A stretch of 24,582 nucleotides of DNA from Ginkgo biloba (taxonomy: Eukaryota; Plantae; Ginkgophyta). Both the position numbers and the translations under genes were made by a program. Location: the NCBI GenBank assembly GCA_024626585.2, contig JANKJI020000002.1, positions 29,289,941 through 29,314,522 on the forward strand, written 5' to 3'. Shown piece after piece: positions 22,610 through 24,582 of this stretch. Below the pieces are notes generated by a model that saw only the letters and a program-made list of their open reading frames with translations, had not been told where the DNA came from and did no database searches. Within the stretch, counting starts at the first letter, position 1. Every line of letters begins with the position of its first letter.

Positions 22610-23770
22610 CTACTATGCGAGAGGAGATCTAAATAAATATTTCAAACTATTGGCAAAAGGATTTACCAAACTGTCCAAATCAACTTTTGGAGCCCTAATC
22701 TAGTTGGTCAAGAAGAAGGATAATAGTGTTTGCTTTTGTATTATTTTTGACATCTTAATTACATTACAGTCAATGATGCATTCCCATTGCCTCGAGTGGA
22801 CGACATTTTGGATAGGTTAGGCGGGGCTACCTACTTCACTTCTTTAAATCTGGCTTTTACACTTAGCAAGTTCCCCTCACTCTTGAAATGTTGCTAAGAC
22901 GGCTTTTTGCACTTTGCAAGGATTGTATGAGTTTATAGTGATCCCTTTTGGTTTGAACATCACACCAAACACCTTTCAGCAACTCATAAATACCATTGTC
23001 ACAAATCCTATTAATACTAGCAAAGTATTACCTAGATGATGTACTTACCTTCACTTCCACATGGTACAAACATCTGTCCATGCTTTGGCAAGCCTTTAAC
23101 AATTCTAAAAATACAATTTGAGGTTAAATGTCAAAAAGTGTTTATGGGGCAATATTTAACTGAATTATTTAGGTTTTGCATTTCTAACCATGATGTTTCT
23201 CTTGACACCACCAAAATCCAAAATAATGTGGAGTCACTAACACCAACTATTGTCAAGCCTTTGCAACACTTTCTTGGGATGTGTGCCTTCCTTGCTAAAT
23301 TCCTACCTAATTTTGCTTCTATCACTGCTTCACTCCATGATCTGCTTCACTCCGTGCTCTCCTTCAAAAACATGTCACTTTTGATTGTGATCCTACTTAT
23401 GTCATTGCTCTTACACAACTCAAGCATGCAATGAACTCTACACCTATGCTAGCCCATCCTAATTTTTCCCTTCCTTTTTTGCTTCATATAAATACTTTTG
23501 GTAATGATTTAGGGGTGGTTCTCTTTCAAACTTGCACTAATAATATTCTCCATCCCATTTCTTACATTACTCGCTCCTTGTTTGCCCCCAACCAAAAAAG
23601 AATGTCTTGTAGTTGTTTGGGCTTTCAACAAGTTCCATCCTTATCTTCATGAAAGAGTTGAAATCTTGTTTGGCTTGATGGGTCTTAGCCCTCAAAGATT
23701 ATCAATTTCAAATCTATTATCACATCAGACATATCAACACCAAAGCTAATGCATATCTCAAGGCATTCCT
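22610..23770 (+). pseudogene. pol: Ty3/gypsy reverse transcriptase plus RNase H relic
   Basis: KLLAKGF..LVKKKDNSVCFC..NDAFPLPRVDDILDRLGGATYFTSLNLA..*QVPL..KTAFCTLQGLYEFIVIPFGL..YLDD (23029-23040)..LQHFLGMCAFLAKFLPNFASITASLHDLL..PMLAHPNFSLPFLLH..LGVVLFQ..HPISYITRSL..ECLVVVWAFNKFHPYL. Confidence 0.92.
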
Positions 23771-24582
23771 ATTCTTCAAGGAGCTATAACATCCACTATT
23801 GTGCTTTCTTCTCTCAATCCCTTTGAGATGTTGAAGCCTTCAAATTAGAAGTCCAACACATTTTAAGTAGTTACATCAGTTTCCTCATTCTCCAATTATT
23901 CAAGTTTTCTTTACCATTACTAGATCATCAATAACATTTTGTACTTTACCCCAAAAGATTATGCACCTCATCTCTATATGGCATATTAGATCCACATATT
24001 TCTACCTAGTCTAGGGGTGAGTCTACAATCTTCCTTGCTACCTGTAACATTCTTGGTTTTGATTTGGCCTTTGACATAACTCAACATAACTCCATAGACT
24101 TTGGCATCTAGCTCAAGCAACCCACTTGATGGCATTTACCAATGGCCATGTAATAGCCTCTCTATAACCTCTATGTTCACTATGGCCTTAAAGGAGCTTA
24201 TCTCTTCTTCATGATGGTATTCTCACCAATATTTTTGCACCAATCACCCAACGTCAACCTTAGATCCATGGGCATTGGCTCCTCAATCATGTAAGCTCTA
24301 TAATAGCTCACTTTCACCTGCTACAATAACCCATGGGTATGGTGTCACTTTGTAACTCTCTCAAACCCTCTCCAAAGGTCCTATTAGTTATAATTATTAT
24401 GCCTCATCAACAATAGCTTCTCCATGATCATTATTTTCTCTTTACACCCATCGCTTGGTACCCATACAACTACGTCAGTCTCACACCATCTCTAATGACT
24501 TCAAAAACCCTTGTTATTTTAGTGTTACCTAATCACAAATCCATAGAACCTATATGATGGATTGAACCATGTGAATCTATTT

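Overview
Eukaryotic, AT-rich, repeat-dominated DNA made almost entirely of decayed transposon relics. No intact protein-coding gene, RNA gene or CRISPR array could be supported. The element families and the CG/CHG-type deamination (TAG/TAA/TGA stops at Gln/Trp/Arg positions) point to a large plant genome, probably a gymnosperm or fern (inference). Seven gaps of exactly 100 N split the window into 1.5-5 kb pieces whose content often changes abruptly, so links across those gaps are tentative. Contents: a CRM-type Ty3/gypsy element (two LTR copies, iMet PBS, gag), an L1-type LINE ORF2 fragment, non-chromovirus RT and integrase fragments, a ~260-300 bp inverted-repeat pair (candidate non-autonomous TIR transposon), an old chromovirus relic whose PBS abuts RNase H, and a Ty3/gypsy RT-RNase H with motifs that look metazoan rather than typical of plants. 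I found no convincing novel biological system. The best leads are the atypical RT, the tandem PBS and the TIR element. All alignments and translations were done by eye.
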